Shown piece after piece: positions 1 through 10,037 of a DNA stretch of 64,000 bases (the first letter of the stretch is position 1; the number at the start of each line of letters is the position of its first letter). The position numbers and the translations under genes were made by a program. The stretch is from assembly GCF_003057965.1 (NCBI RefSeq), contig NZ_CP020921.1:1414916-1478915 (forward strand). The letters are read 5' to 3'. The notes below the pieces were generated by a model. The model was not told where the DNA came from. It saw only the letters and a list, made by a program, of their open reading frames with translations, and made no database searches. The DNA comes from Thermodesulfobium acidiphilum. Its GTDB lineage: Bacteria > Thermodesulfobiota > Thermodesulfobiia > Thermodesulfobiales > Thermodesulfobiaceae.

Positions 1-244
1 TTACTGCAAACATGCCAAACGGGTAATTATCTCTAAGATCGCTCTTTAACGTGAAGGGGAGCCTTCTGATATCCTCAATATCTCTAATATCAGAAGGGCT
101 TATCCCTAATTCGTTAAATCTCTTTCTGTAAAATGGGACAAATTCGTAGACATAGCGCACTAATCTTCTAAGTCTTGATTCCTGTAAACTAATTATCTCT
201 TTTCTGGGCAAAAGCTCCACTTCGGGTTTAAAATATTTCATCAT
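1..244 (-). CDS. paaK: Phenylacetate-CoA ligase family protein, N-terminal part (runs off the window start)
   Basis: Manual translation MMKYFKPEVELLPRKEIISLQESRLRRLVRYVYEFVPFYRKRF...LPFTLKSDLRDNYPFGMFAV is the typical PaaK-family N-terminus. AGGAG SD upstream; start at 244 or 241. Not in the ORF track. Confidence 0.85.
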   Translation of the reverse strand, partial: MMKYFKPEVELLPRKEIISLQESRLRRLVRYVYEFVPFYRKRFNELGISPSDIRDIEDIRRLPFTLKSDLRDNYPFGMFAV

Positions 245-249
245 CTCCT

Positions 250-335
250 ACTCTTCGGCTGAGTCCATAGATCTCAGGTTGGGATATTTTTAGTCCGCCA
301 TTACAAACCCTACTCCCAACAGGCGGAACTTAGGG
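250..335 (-). promoter_or_regulatory. Candidate structured 5' leader (H-type pseudoknot plus hairpin) of the paaK-like gene
   Basis: Minus strand: AGUUCCGCC pairs with GGCGGACU, loop GUUGGGA pairs with downstream UCCCAAC, then a CUGAG/CUCAG hairpin just before the SD. I do not recognise the family. Confidence 0.45.
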
Positions 336-383
336 CAAACTGCTTTAGATGTATTTTACTATATAGCAAATAAATTTAAATAG

Positions 384-749
384 TCATAACCTATCAACTA
401 AACTTATAGCATCGTTTTTACAACCCTTTACACAAACTCCACAGCCTACACATTTAGTCTCATCCACAAACGCTTTGCCCTCTACCATTGATATTGCCCC
501 TTTTTTACAAAATCTTAGGCATATCTCGCATCCCTTGCACAAAATAGGATACACTCTTGCAACCTTTAATTTTCTTGGACTCTTTTGAACAGTATTGTTA
601 GTATTTTCAACTTCGTTTAACTGAACACCTTCAATCTGAGGATTAACTACTCCAATTCCAAAAAAATTATTTAAATTATTTCTTGAAAAACACCCCAATT
701 TCCCCTTATGATGCCTTCTACCTCTATATCCGCACATTCGGCCTCTCAT
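384..749 (-). CDS. 4Fe-4S dicluster ferredoxin-domain protein
   Basis: Two CxxCxxCxxxC motifs (CKGCEICLRFC, CVGCGVCVKGC) after a Gly/Arg-rich N-terminus; GAGGTG SD. Confidence 0.85.
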   Translation of the reverse strand: MRGRMCGYRGRRHHKGKLGCFSRNNLNNFFGIGVVNPQIEGVQLNEVENTNNTVQKSPRKLKVARVYPILCKGCEICLRFCKKGAISMVEGKAFVDETKCVGCGVCVKGCKNDAISLVDRL

Positions 750-838
750 TTATTATCACCTCTAAAGTTTAATTTTAACAAAATTAATATAAAATATCCT
801 TTATCGACTTTTTAATCTAAATTTACTCTGGAGGAAAG

Positions 839-1720
839 ATGAGAATTCACACTCTTGATCTAAATTTTTTAAATTCAAAGCAAGTGCTTAGTAGCTATCT
901 TGTAGAATCAGATCCGCCATTTCTGGTAGAAACGGGTCCTGATTCTACCTTTGAAAATCTGAAAGCTGAATTGAGAAAGTTTGGTTATGAAATAAAGGAT
1001 ATCAAATATGTATTTATCACCCATATACATCTGGATCACTCTGGAGCCGCATTCAGATTCGCAAATGAAGGTGCAAAGATATACGTTCACCCAAATGGCA
1101 AGAGACATCTCGTGAACCCTGAAAAACTTATAAGATCAGCCACAATGGTTTATAAAGAGAGAACTTATGAACTCTGGGGAGATACCCTCCCTATTGACGA
1201 AGAAAAGGTAATTGAGACCTCAGATGGGCAAATTATAACTATAGGCGATATCCAGGTTAGAGTATTAGACTCTCCAGGACATGCAAAACATCACAACGTT
1301 TATTTAATTGACGATCACCTGTTTACGGGTGATACCGGAGGAGTAAGAATAGGCAATGGCCCTATTATGCCAGCAGTCCCACCTCCTGACATAGACATCC
1401 CCATCTGGTTAAAAACTATAGAGAAAATGAAAAGTTATAATGCTACTTATATATGTCCATCCCACTTCGGCTGCTTCAGCGATGTTGAATATCATCTCGA
1501 AACTTTAAGAAAAAACCTTATAAAATACGATGAATTCATAAAAAAGCAAATCAAATTTTCAGATGACTATAATACACTTTTTCCTATATTTAAAGAATAT
1601 GTAGACTCATTTTTCACAGATAAAAAGGTTAGAGATTTCTATCAGTTTGCAAATCCTGATGAAATGAACCTTGCAGGGCTGATCAGATATGCGAAGGTAA
1701 ATAAGTTTGACGTAGAATGA
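839..1720 (+). CDS. MBL-fold metallo-hydrolase
   Basis: THIHLDHSG (HxHxDH), SPGHAKHH, FTGD and PSHFG motifs. Confidence 0.9.
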   Translation: MRIHTLDLNFLNSKQVLSSYLVESDPPFLVETGPDSTFENLKAELRKFGYEIKDIKYVFITHIHLDHSGAAFRFANEGAKIYVHPNGKRHLVNPEKLIRSATMVYKERTYELWGDTLPIDEEKVIETSDGQIITIGDIQVRVLDSPGHAKHHNVYLIDDHLFTGDTGGVRIGNGPIMPAVPPPDIDIPIWLKTIEKMKSYNATYICPSHFGCFSDVEYHLETLRKNLIKYDEFIKKQIKFSDDYNTLFPIFKEYVDSFFTDKKVRDFYQFANPDEMNLAGLIRYAKVNKFDVE

Positions 1721-1779
1721 TAAAATCCTGAACTAAGTAGAGTCTAATATAACTTTCATTTCTTCTTCTTCTAGATCAT

Positions 1780-2043
1780 TTACATTTTATCCCAATTCGT
1801 TTTTCCATGATAGAAAACTACTGGAATAATTGGCTCTAATGACCTTTTATTTTTTATATTCTCTTCCCATATTGCAAGCATATATGAGAGTATCTGGATA
1901 TTACTAAAGTTCCATGTCTCTGATTTGTGCTCCAGGAGATAATACACCTGGACTGAACTATTCTTTGTCTGAAATCTAAAAGCAATGTCTAAATTAAACC
2001 TCTTTGACATGAAAAAATAAATCAATATTGAACAAATGTCCAA
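1780..2043 (-). pseudogene. Fragment of an Rpn/YhgA-like recombination-promoting nuclease (putative transposase)
   Basis: YYLLEHKS...QILSYMLAIWE...PIIPVVFYHGKTNW are the Rpn core motifs. Only about 80 aa of a normally ~300 aa protein remain. Confidence 0.75.
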
Positions 2044-2086
2044 ATAAGTTTAAAATTGTACGAAAAATGGTGAGAGGGGAATTAAA

Positions 2087-5000
2087 ATCAATACAGATCT
2101 AACCTTTATTACGAACGAAAATGGGCAAAGTTTACTTGAGCGCTTTAAGGTATTGGTAAAGGACGCTGAATTTTTCGACTGTCTAGTTGGCTTTTTTTAC
2201 ACAAGCGGCTTTTATAATCTTTATGAGGCCTTTGAGAACACAAAAAGAATTAGAATTTTAGTTGGGATTGGCACAGATAAAATAACTCATGATCTTATTC
2301 AATATCAAACCTCCTATCATCAGATAAGAGAGCTATATTCAGATAGGGTGAAAGAAGAGATAGAGAGCTCAGAAAATAAATATGAAGTAGAAAATGGAAT
2401 TGAACTTTTTAAAAAGTGGCTTAAATCTGGAAAAATTCAGATCAGAGCCTATCCAGAAAGAAATTTACACGCGAAACTATACATAATGAGCTTTTCTGAA
2501 GATGACAGGGATACAGGGCGCGTCATAACAGGTTCGAGCAATTTCAGCCAATCCGGCCTGATTAATAATTTAGAATTCAACGTCGAGCTAAAAAATGTTA
2601 GCGATTACAAGTTTGCCAAAGAAAAGTTTGAAGAACTTTGGGAAAACTCTGTTGAAGTAAGTGAAGACTATATAGCAACCGTAGAGCAAAAGACATGGCT
2701 AAGAAGTGACATATCCCCTTATGAATTATTTTTAAAATTTTTATACGAATACTTCAAGCGCGATTTGGAAGAGTCAGGCGAGCTATACAATTTAGAGCTT
2801 CCAGATGAATTTTTACACCTTGAATATCAAAAGCAGGCTGTCATAAACGCAAGGCGTATCGTGGAAGAATACGGAGGGGTCTTCCTGTCTGACGTTGTGG
2901 GGCTTGGCAAAACCTATATGGCAGCAATGCTTGCCTCACAGCTTGATGGCAGAACTCTTATATTAGCCTCTCCTGTTCTAATAGATCCCGAAAATCCTGG
3001 CTCATGGGTAAACGTGTTCAGGGAGTTTAACTTAAAATTCGAAGCAGAATCCATTGGGCAATTAAAAAGGATAAAGGAAAGATTCAACCTTGATAAGTAC
3101 AAAAATGTCATAATAGACGAGTCTCACAGGTTCAGAACTGAAGACACAGTCTCTTATACCTTTCTTTCTGAAATATGTCGTGGCAAAAGGGTAATATTGG
3201 TTAGTGCAACTCCATATAACAATTCTCCAAAGGATATCCTGTCTCAGATAAAACTATTTCAAAATCCACGAAAGAGCACAATACCAGGCATATCAGATTT
3301 AGAGGGTTTCTTTAACAATCTGGAAAAAAATTTAAAAAATATAGACAAAAGGGAAGACCCAGAAGAGTACATCGAAGCAGTTAAGGAAAACGCATATCTC
3401 ATAAGAGAAAAAATTTTAAAATATCTTATGATAAGGCGAACAAGAAGCGAGATAGAAAGGTATTTTTCTAAAGACTTAGAAAAAAATAAATTAAAATTCC
3501 CTCAGGTAAACGATCCAATAGCTCTATTTTATGAGTTAAACGACGAAGAAAGCGAAATTTTTGACGAAACCATAAAATTAATAACCAAAAAAATTCGCTA
3601 CGCAAGGTACACCCCACTTCTTTACTTGAAATCAAAAGATCTCTCGGCCATAGAAAAATATGGACAGCTAAATATGGGTACATTTATGAAAGTGCTACTT
3701 GTAAAGAGACTGGAGAGCTCTTTTTATGCATTTCGACTAACGATAGATCGCTTTATAGATGTCTATAAAAAATTTATAGATGAATTTGATAGAGGAAGTG
3801 TATATATTAGCAAAAAGTATACCAATAAAATATTCGAATATATAGAAAATGACGATGACAAAGCTATTCAGAGGTTAATAGAAGAAGATAAGGCTGAAAA
3901 ATATTCAAGCGATGAGTTTGAAGAAAAATTTAAAGAAGATCTAAAAAATGATTTCGATACTTTTTGCAGGATAAAAGAGATATGGGAAAAGGTTAATAGA
4001 GATCCAAAGCTTGAAAAGCTCCTTGAACAATTAAATACAAATAAAATTTTGAAGGATAAGAAATTAATAATTTTTAGCGAATCAAAAGATACAGTAAATT
4101 ATATTTCAAAAGAGATTAAAAAAAATCTTAATAAAAAAGTGCTGGTATTCAGCAGCTCATCAAGCAATAATACAAAAAACATCGTTATAGAGAACTTTGA
4201 TGCCAAAGCGAAGAATAAAAGAGACGACTACAATATACTCATTTCTACTGAAGTGTTGTCTGAAGGCGTGAACCTACATAGGTCAAACGTGATCATAAAC
4301 TATGATATCCCATGGAACCCCACAAGGATGATGCAGCGAGCAGGCAGAATAAACAGAGTTGATACGAAATTTGATGAACTATATGTTTTTAATTTCTTCC
4401 CCACCCAACAGTCAAACGATCAGATTAACCTCAAAGAAATAGCACAGGCCAAAATTGATGCCTTTCTCACACTACTTGGTGAAGATGCAGCAGTGCTAAC
4501 TGAGGGTGAACCAATAGGCTCACATGAACTATTTGGAAGATTGACTTCAAAAAATACAATTACTGGAGAAAGCGATTTAGACAATAGCGAATTAAAATAC
4601 TTTAGACTTCTTCAAGATATCAGGGAAAACAATCCAGATCTGTTCCAAAAAATTAAATACCTGCCAAAAAAGGCAAGAAGTGCGAAGGTTAATAAAGAAA
4701 ACACTGGTTTGCTCACTTATTTCAGAAAAGGCAAGGTTGAGAAATTTTACCTTGCAAAAAGAGGCAAATCAAGCGAATTAGATTTTATGAGCGCAGCATC
4801 CCTTCTGGAAAGCGCACAAGAAGAAAAAAGAGTAAGTCTGCCTGAAAATTTTTATGATCTTTTAGACTTAAACATAGAACAATTCTCACAAACCTTAGAC
4901 AGCGCTGAACCCATTTCCACAAGAAGAGGTAAGGATAAATCCCAAACTATATTAAAATATCTTAAAGCAATGGACAAAACTCCTCTTACAGATACGCAAG

Positions 5001-5248
5001 AACAATATATAGAAATTTTGCAAGAGAAATTAGAAGGTGGCGCAATTCCTAAAAAGATTTTAAGCAAAGTATTAAAATCTATAGAAAACCTAAAAGAGCA
5101 AAAGATAAATTCTTTAAAGCTTCTGGGCGCAGTGCAAAATGCTATACCTGAAAGGTTACTAAAAGATCACTACTCAAGCTCTTCATCTGATGAAAACATC
5201 TCAAATAAAACAGAAGTAATTTTGTCCATGTATCTAAAGGAGGGGTAA
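2087..5248 (+). CDS. PLD (HKD)-nuclease plus SNF2-type helicase fusion
   Basis: HAKLY...GSSNFS PLD motif, DVVGLGKT Walker A, DESH, SATP, SEGVNL and QRAGRINR. The frame extends upstream of the track's 2153 to ATC at 2087 (INTDLTFITNENGQSLLERF), with SD GAGGGG 7 nt before it. Confidence 0.88.
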   Translation: MNTDLTFITNENGQSLLERFKVLVKDAEFFDCLVGFFYTSGFYNLYEAFENTKRIRILVGIGTDKITHDLIQYQTSYHQIRELYSDRVKEEIESSENKYEVENGIELFKKWLKSGKIQIRAYPERNLHAKLYIMSFSEDDRDTGRVITGSSNFSQSGLINNLEFNVELKNVSDYKFAKEKFEELWENSVEVSEDYIATVEQKTWLRSDISPYELFLKFLYEYFKRDLEESGELYNLELPDEFLHLEYQKQAVINARRIVEEYGGVFLSDVVGLGKTYMAAMLASQLDGRTLILASPVLIDPENPGSWVNVFREFNLKFEAESIGQLKRIKERFNLDKYKNVIIDESHRFRTEDTVSYTFLSEICRGKRVILVSATPYNNSPKDILSQIKLFQNPRKSTIPGISDLEGFFNNLEKNLKNIDKREDPEEYIEAVKENAYLIREKILKYLMIRRTRSEIERYFSKDLEKNKLKFPQVNDPIALFYELNDEESEIFDETIKLITKKIRYARYTPLLYLKSKDLSAIEKYGQLNMGTFMKVLLVKRLESSFYAFRLTIDRFIDVYKKFIDEFDRGSVYISKKYTNKIFEYIENDDDKAIQRLIEEDKAEKYSSDEFEEKFKEDLKNDFDTFCRIKEIWEKVNRDPKLEKLLEQLNTNKILKDKKLIIFSESKDTVNYISKEIKKNLNKKVLVFSSSSSNNTKNIVIENFDAKAKNKRDDYNILISTEVLSEGVNLHRSNVIINYDIPWNPTRMMQRAGRINRVDTKFDELYVFNFFPTQQSNDQINLKEIAQAKIDAFLTLLGEDAAVLTEGEPIGSHELFGRLTSKNTITGESDLDNSELKYFRLLQDIRENNPDLFQKIKYLPKKARSAKVNKENTGLLTYFRKGKVEKFYLAKRGKSSELDFMSAASLLESAQEEKRVSLPENFYDLLDLNIEQFSQTLDSAEPISTRRGKDKSQTILKYLKAMDKTPLTDTQEQYIEILQEKLEGGAIPKKILSKVLKSIENLKEQKINSLKLLGAVQNAIPERLLKDHYSSSSSDENISNKTEVILSMYLKEG

Positions 5249-8200
5249 TGAACGAAAATCTATTCAAAAATTTAATAAAAGATATCTTTGAAAAATCGTT
5301 TGATAAAGTTCAGTTCACAAAATTTTTAAGAAATCTTCTTAACGATTTTGAGAAAGATACTTTCAAATACGTTGGCAATTATATTCCCGACAGCTTTGAA
5401 CAATATATTAAATCTTTTGAAAGAATTGGCAAATATAAAGATAATAAAAAAGAAATAGATCTATTAGTAGTTCATTTAAAAAGTGAAACCTCTCTATTAA
5501 GGGCAAGAACTGCTCAGAGAAATTTTATCGGATGGTTTTTAAACGGCAGTAGAGGCGGCAAACTTAAGGACGCAGCGCTCGTCGCTTTTGTATCGCCTGA
5601 TCAAGAAAATTGGCGCTTTTCCTTAGTAAAAATGGAATACAGGTTTGATGAAAATGGCAAGGTGATAGAAGAGCTTAGCCCTGCAAGAAGATATTCATTT
5701 CTTGTTGGAAAAAATGAAAGCAGTCACACAGCACAGTCTCGCTTTCTACCCTTACTCTCACCCGATAAAAAGCCTACACTTGATGACCTAGAAAAGGCGT
5801 TCAGTGCAGAGCGCGTAACCGATGAATTTTTTGAAAAGTATAAAGAGCTATTTATAAAAACTGTAGACGAAATAGAAGAAAGAGTAAAGACTAACGAATC
5901 CCTAAGAAAAGAATTTGAAATCAAGAATATCAACGCTGTAGACTTTTCCAAGAAACTACTGGGTCAAATTGTATTTTTATATTTCTTACAAAAAAAGGGT
6001 TGGCTTGGCGTTCCTAAAGCAAAAAATTGGGGAGAAGGGGATAAAAATTTTCTGCGCTCACTATTTGAAAGATGTATTGAAGAAAAGAAAAACTTTTTTA
6101 ACGACTACTTAGAATATCTTTTTTACGACGCCTTAAACAATGAAAGAAGCTCTCAGGCAGATCCTAGCTGGCATGAACGTTTAGACTGCAAGATACCGTT
6201 TTTAAACGGCGGTCTATTTGAACCATTTGGTGAATATGACTGGAAAAATATAGATCTATTAATACCAGATGATCTTTTTTCAAACAATGCCAAAGAAGGT
6301 ATCCTGGACATATTTGATTTATTTAACTTTACGGTAAAAGAAGATGAACCGCTTGAAAAAGAGGTAGCAGTAGACCCAGAACTTTTAGGCAAAATCTATG
6401 AAAAGCTAAACGCAATAAGAGAGGACAATTTCGAAGAATATAAAAAAGCACTGAAGAGTAAAGGTTCGGAAAATAAGTTTAACAAAGAATATGGAGTCTA
6501 CTACACCCCCAGAGAGATAGTGCACTTTATGGCACAAAACGCTCTTGTAGAGTATTTGTTTGAAAATCTTAAAGGTAAATCCCAAAATTTAGAAAGTCTG
6601 AAAGAAGATTTAAAAGCTTTTATTTTTCACTCTGAAAAGTTTATAGAAAATGATAAAACTGCAATAGAAAAGGGAGAAAAAATTGAAAAAGGAGAACAAA
6701 AAAGTACAAAATATACTTCAAAGATCCCCGCTTTTATACAGGAAAACGCTAAAACAATAGATAAGCTTTTAGAAGACATAAGAATATTAGATCCTGCTGT
6801 AGGTTCTGGAGCTTTCCCTATAGGTCTTATGCACGAAATCGTAAAGGCAAGAGAAGTCCTAAATTTATATATTGGCGACGAAACTAAAACTGCCTATAAT
6901 TTCAAGCGCCACTCTATACAAAATTCTCTATACGGAGTAGATATAGATAAAGGTGCAGTTGAGATTACAAGGCTAAGATTCTGGCTATCTCTGGTAGTGG
7001 ACGAAGAAGATTTAACCCAGATAAAGCCTCTTCCAAACTTAGATTACAAGCTGGTCTCTGGTGACTCCTTGTCATGTATTCAAAAAGACTTATTTAAAAG
7101 TTTTGATACTTTAGAGCAGTTGGAAGACGAATACCATACAACAACTAATTTAGATAGGAAAAGAAAATTAAAAAGAAAAATTGATGAAGAGATCAAAGAG
7201 CTTACAGATGGTCATACAGAATTTGACTTCGAAGTTTACTTCTCAAAAGTAATGCGCAGTGGTGGCTTTGACATTGTAATCGGAAATCCACCGTATATAC
7301 AGCTGCAAAAGAATGCTGGCTTACTTGCAAAAAAGTATAAAAAATTTAATTACGAAGTGTTTAACAGCATGGGGGATATATACACTCTTTTTTATGAAAA
7401 AGGCATAAATCTATTAAAAGAGGGTGGCCATCTTTGTTTTATAACATCAAACAAGTGGATGAGAGCAGGTTATGGAGAAAAGTTAAGAGAGTTTTTTATA
7501 AAGCAAAATCCTAAGATTTTAATTGATTTGGGTCCTGGTGTGTTTGAAAGCGCAACAGTAGACACAAACATCTTACTTATACAAAAGAAAGATAATCAAA
7601 ATAAGCTTACCGCTACCACGCTGCAAAAAGAAGACAAAAAAAATATACTAAATGCAATAGATAAAAAAGGCATACTACTTGAAAAACTCTCTAAAGATGC
7701 CTGGTTTATAGGAAGCAGTGCTGAGCAAAGATTAAAAGAAAAGATTGAGCGTCTTGGCAAACCGCTAAAAGAATGGGATGTGAATATTTATCGTGGCATA
7801 ATAACAGGCTTAAACGAAGCATTTATAATTACCACAGAAAAAAAAGATGAGATACTTACAAACTGCAAAACTGAAGAAGAAAGAGAAAGAACAAACAAAA
7901 TTATAAAGCCAATTCTTAGAGGAAGGGATATAAAGAGATATTATTATGAGTGGGCGGGGCTGTGGGTTATCGTGATTCCTGCCGGATGGACAAATAATAA
8001 TAAAGGTAACGAAAATGCACAATCATTTATTGAAAAAACTTTTCCTTCTTTAATGCAACATTTAAAATCCTTTGAAGCAAAGGCAAAAAAAAGAGATGAC
8101 AAAGGTGATTATTGGTGGGAACTACGCCATTGTGCCTACTACCCCGAGTTTGAGAAGGAGAAGGTGGTGTGGGCAGAAATAGTTAGACAACCGCAATTTT

Positions 8201-8577
8201 ATTTTGACAATGAAAAATTTTATGTTGAAGCAACAAGTTTTTTGATGACTGGTAATAATGTAAAATATATCTGTGGTTTGCTAAATTCAGGGCCAGTAAC
8301 CTATTTCTTTAAAAATTGGTATGCTGGTGGTGGCTTGGGTAAAGAAGGATACAGATATAAAAAGGCATTTTTGGAAAATTTACCCATTCCCTTTATCACC
8401 TCTTCTAACTCTTTGCTGACCAAACGCATCGAGGATCTTCTTGACAAAATCCTTGTCGCCAAAAAAGAGAACCCGCAAGCGAATACTCAGGCTTTTGAAA
8501 AAGAAATAGATGAACTGGTTTATAAATTGTATGATTTGACGGAGGATGAAATAAGAATAATAGAGGGAGGGAGATGA
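5248..8577 (+). CDS. Eco57I/type IIG-like N6-adenine DNA methyltransferase with C-terminal TaqI-like target-recognition region
   Basis: DPAVGSGAF (SAM-binding motif I), GNPPY (motif IV), YYTPRE and PFLNGGLF. Its start overlaps the helicase stop (TAATG). Confidence 0.92.
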   Translation: MNENLFKNLIKDIFEKSFDKVQFTKFLRNLLNDFEKDTFKYVGNYIPDSFEQYIKSFERIGKYKDNKKEIDLLVVHLKSETSLLRARTAQRNFIGWFLNGSRGGKLKDAALVAFVSPDQENWRFSLVKMEYRFDENGKVIEELSPARRYSFLVGKNESSHTAQSRFLPLLSPDKKPTLDDLEKAFSAERVTDEFFEKYKELFIKTVDEIEERVKTNESLRKEFEIKNINAVDFSKKLLGQIVFLYFLQKKGWLGVPKAKNWGEGDKNFLRSLFERCIEEKKNFFNDYLEYLFYDALNNERSSQADPSWHERLDCKIPFLNGGLFEPFGEYDWKNIDLLIPDDLFSNNAKEGILDIFDLFNFTVKEDEPLEKEVAVDPELLGKIYEKLNAIREDNFEEYKKALKSKGSENKFNKEYGVYYTPREIVHFMAQNALVEYLFENLKGKSQNLESLKEDLKAFIFHSEKFIENDKTAIEKGEKIEKGEQKSTKYTSKIPAFIQENAKTIDKLLEDIRILDPAVGSGAFPIGLMHEIVKAREVLNLYIGDETKTAYNFKRHSIQNSLYGVDIDKGAVEITRLRFWLSLVVDEEDLTQIKPLPNLDYKLVSGDSLSCIQKDLFKSFDTLEQLEDEYHTTTNLDRKRKLKRKIDEEIKELTDGHTEFDFEVYFSKVMRSGGFDIVIGNPPYIQLQKNAGLLAKKYKKFNYEVFNSMGDIYTLFYEKGINLLKEGGHLCFITSNKWMRAGYGEKLREFFIKQNPKILIDLGPGVFESATVDTNILLIQKKDNQNKLTATTLQKEDKKNILNAIDKKGILLEKLSKDAWFIGSSAEQRLKEKIERLGKPLKEWDVNIYRGIITGLNEAFIITTEKKDEILTNCKTEEERERTNKIIKPILRGRDIKRYYYEWAGLWVIVIPAGWTNNNKGNENAQSFIEKTFPSLMQHLKSFEAKAKKRDDKGDYWWELRHCAYYPEFEKEKVVWAEIVRQPQFYFDNEKFYVEATSFLMTGNNVKYICGLLNSGPVTYFFKNWYAGGGLGKEGYRYKKAFLENLPIPFITSSNSLLTKRIEDLLDKILVAKKENPQANTQAFEKEIDELVYKLYDLTEDEIRIIEGGR
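8389..8577 (+). repeat. Copy 1 of a ~190-bp diverged direct repeat (3' end of the methyltransferase gene)
   Basis: Aligns with 11064-11251; shares the exact 19-mer ATACTCAGGCTTTTGAAAA (8483-8501 and 11158-11176). Confidence 0.9.
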
Positions 8578-8581
8578 CGCT

Positions 8582-10030
8582 ATGATAAACGAAGTTGAAA
8601 TAGAAAACTTTCGTTCAATAAAAAGTCAGAAAATTAAGTTGGAAAATTTTAATATCATTATTGGTGACAATGGAACTGGTAAAACATCAGTTCTTGAAGC
8701 AATAAACTTTGCTTTATCACCATCATTTTTGTCTGGAAAAGTTAAGCACACAGATTTTTATAATGGTGAAGACAATCCTATAAAAATAAAAATTGGATTT
8801 CAAGAAAATTTAAAAGTACAGCTTCCAGATGGATACACAAAACAAGAAATCCCTTTTAAACAAGTTTTATTACAAATAAAATTCAGAGAACGCAAAACAC
8901 CAAAGAAAGCATTTTCAGATTTAGTAGTGATTGAGCATAGAATTGAACCATCAGATACAATATCGAAAACTTCTAAAGGGTGGTCTATTAAAAGAAAAAA
9001 TGGAAGAGATTTTAAATTTAGAGAACAACTTTTATCTTTGAATATAATTGAAACAAAGGATTTGCCAAGAAGTTTTTATTTCAACAAAGGCAGAGATAAG
9101 TAATTACAAAGAGGGTTTAATTCATCAATAAATACTGTTTTTGACGATTTGAATTGGCGATTTTTAAAAAATGAAAAGAGTCAAAATTTCTTTACAGAAA
9201 AAAGTCAGATTGAAAAAGAAAAAATACTTGATTTAATTGATATTAAGGAAAATGTATTTAAAAAATTAAATCAAAAACTTAAAGATTTTAGTATTGATAA
9301 CATAGATATTTCATTTATTGACGGAAAAGCACCATTCAATAATGCCTATTTAAGTAAAAAAGAATATATTGATTTGCCAGTTAAATATCTTGGTTCAGGA
9401 GTGGAGATGATAATTTCGCTTATGTTTCTTGAAACAATGGCTTCCATGTCAAAAGAAAAACTTGTTATCCTGATTGATGAACCCGAACTGCATTTACATC
9501 CCTCTTTGCAATACAAGCTTTCTGAATATTTAGAGAATATTTCTAAACAACATCAAATTATTGTTTCAACTCATTCGCCAATATTTTTTAAGAATTGCAT
9601 CGGAAAGGATAATATTCAATTGTTAGTAGCTAGAATTGAGAATAATGAGGTTCAGATTGAACAAAGTAAAAAATTTGATTTATTCCCCTGGAGCCCAAGT
9701 TGGGGCGAAATAAATTATTTTGCTTTTAACCACCCTACCATAGAATTTCACGATGAGCTATATGGTTATTTGCAAGAGAAGTCGAAAAAATACAAGCAGA
9801 CCGAATTTGAAAAGTGGCTTTGTAATAAGCGTAATAGCGTTCGGAAAACTAAAAAATGGACGAAAGAAAATAATGGTAACCCAAAATGCAAAGAAATAGA
9901 GGTAACTTTACCAACCTTTATAAGAAATAAAGTTCACCATCCTGAAAATCAAACTATGAAAGACAAAAATTTTAGCGATGAAGAATTAAAAGAATCAATT
10001 AAAGTTATGATTGAGTTAATTAAAAGATAA
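8582..10030 (+). pseudogene. ABC-type ATPase with C-terminal HEPN-like motif, interrupted by an in-frame TAA at 9101-9103
   Basis: ORFs 8582-9103 and 9149-10030 share a frame and are separated only by one TAA (GRDK*LQRGFNSS). Walker A GDNGTGKT, signature LGSG, Walker B/D-loop IDEPELHLHP, STHS, and a C-terminal RNKVHH (Rx4H). Confidence 0.82.
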
Positions 10031-10037
10031 TATCTTT

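Noticed and set aside
250-335. TPP riboswitch (contains CUGAGA)
   Set aside because: The other TPP elements (ACCUGA...GUAGGGA order and spacing) are missing. Kept only as an unknown structured leader.
9101-9103. Recoded stop (Sec/Pyl) in the ATPase gene
   Set aside because: The codon is TAA, which is not used for Sec or Pyl. A nonsense mutation or sequencing error is simpler.
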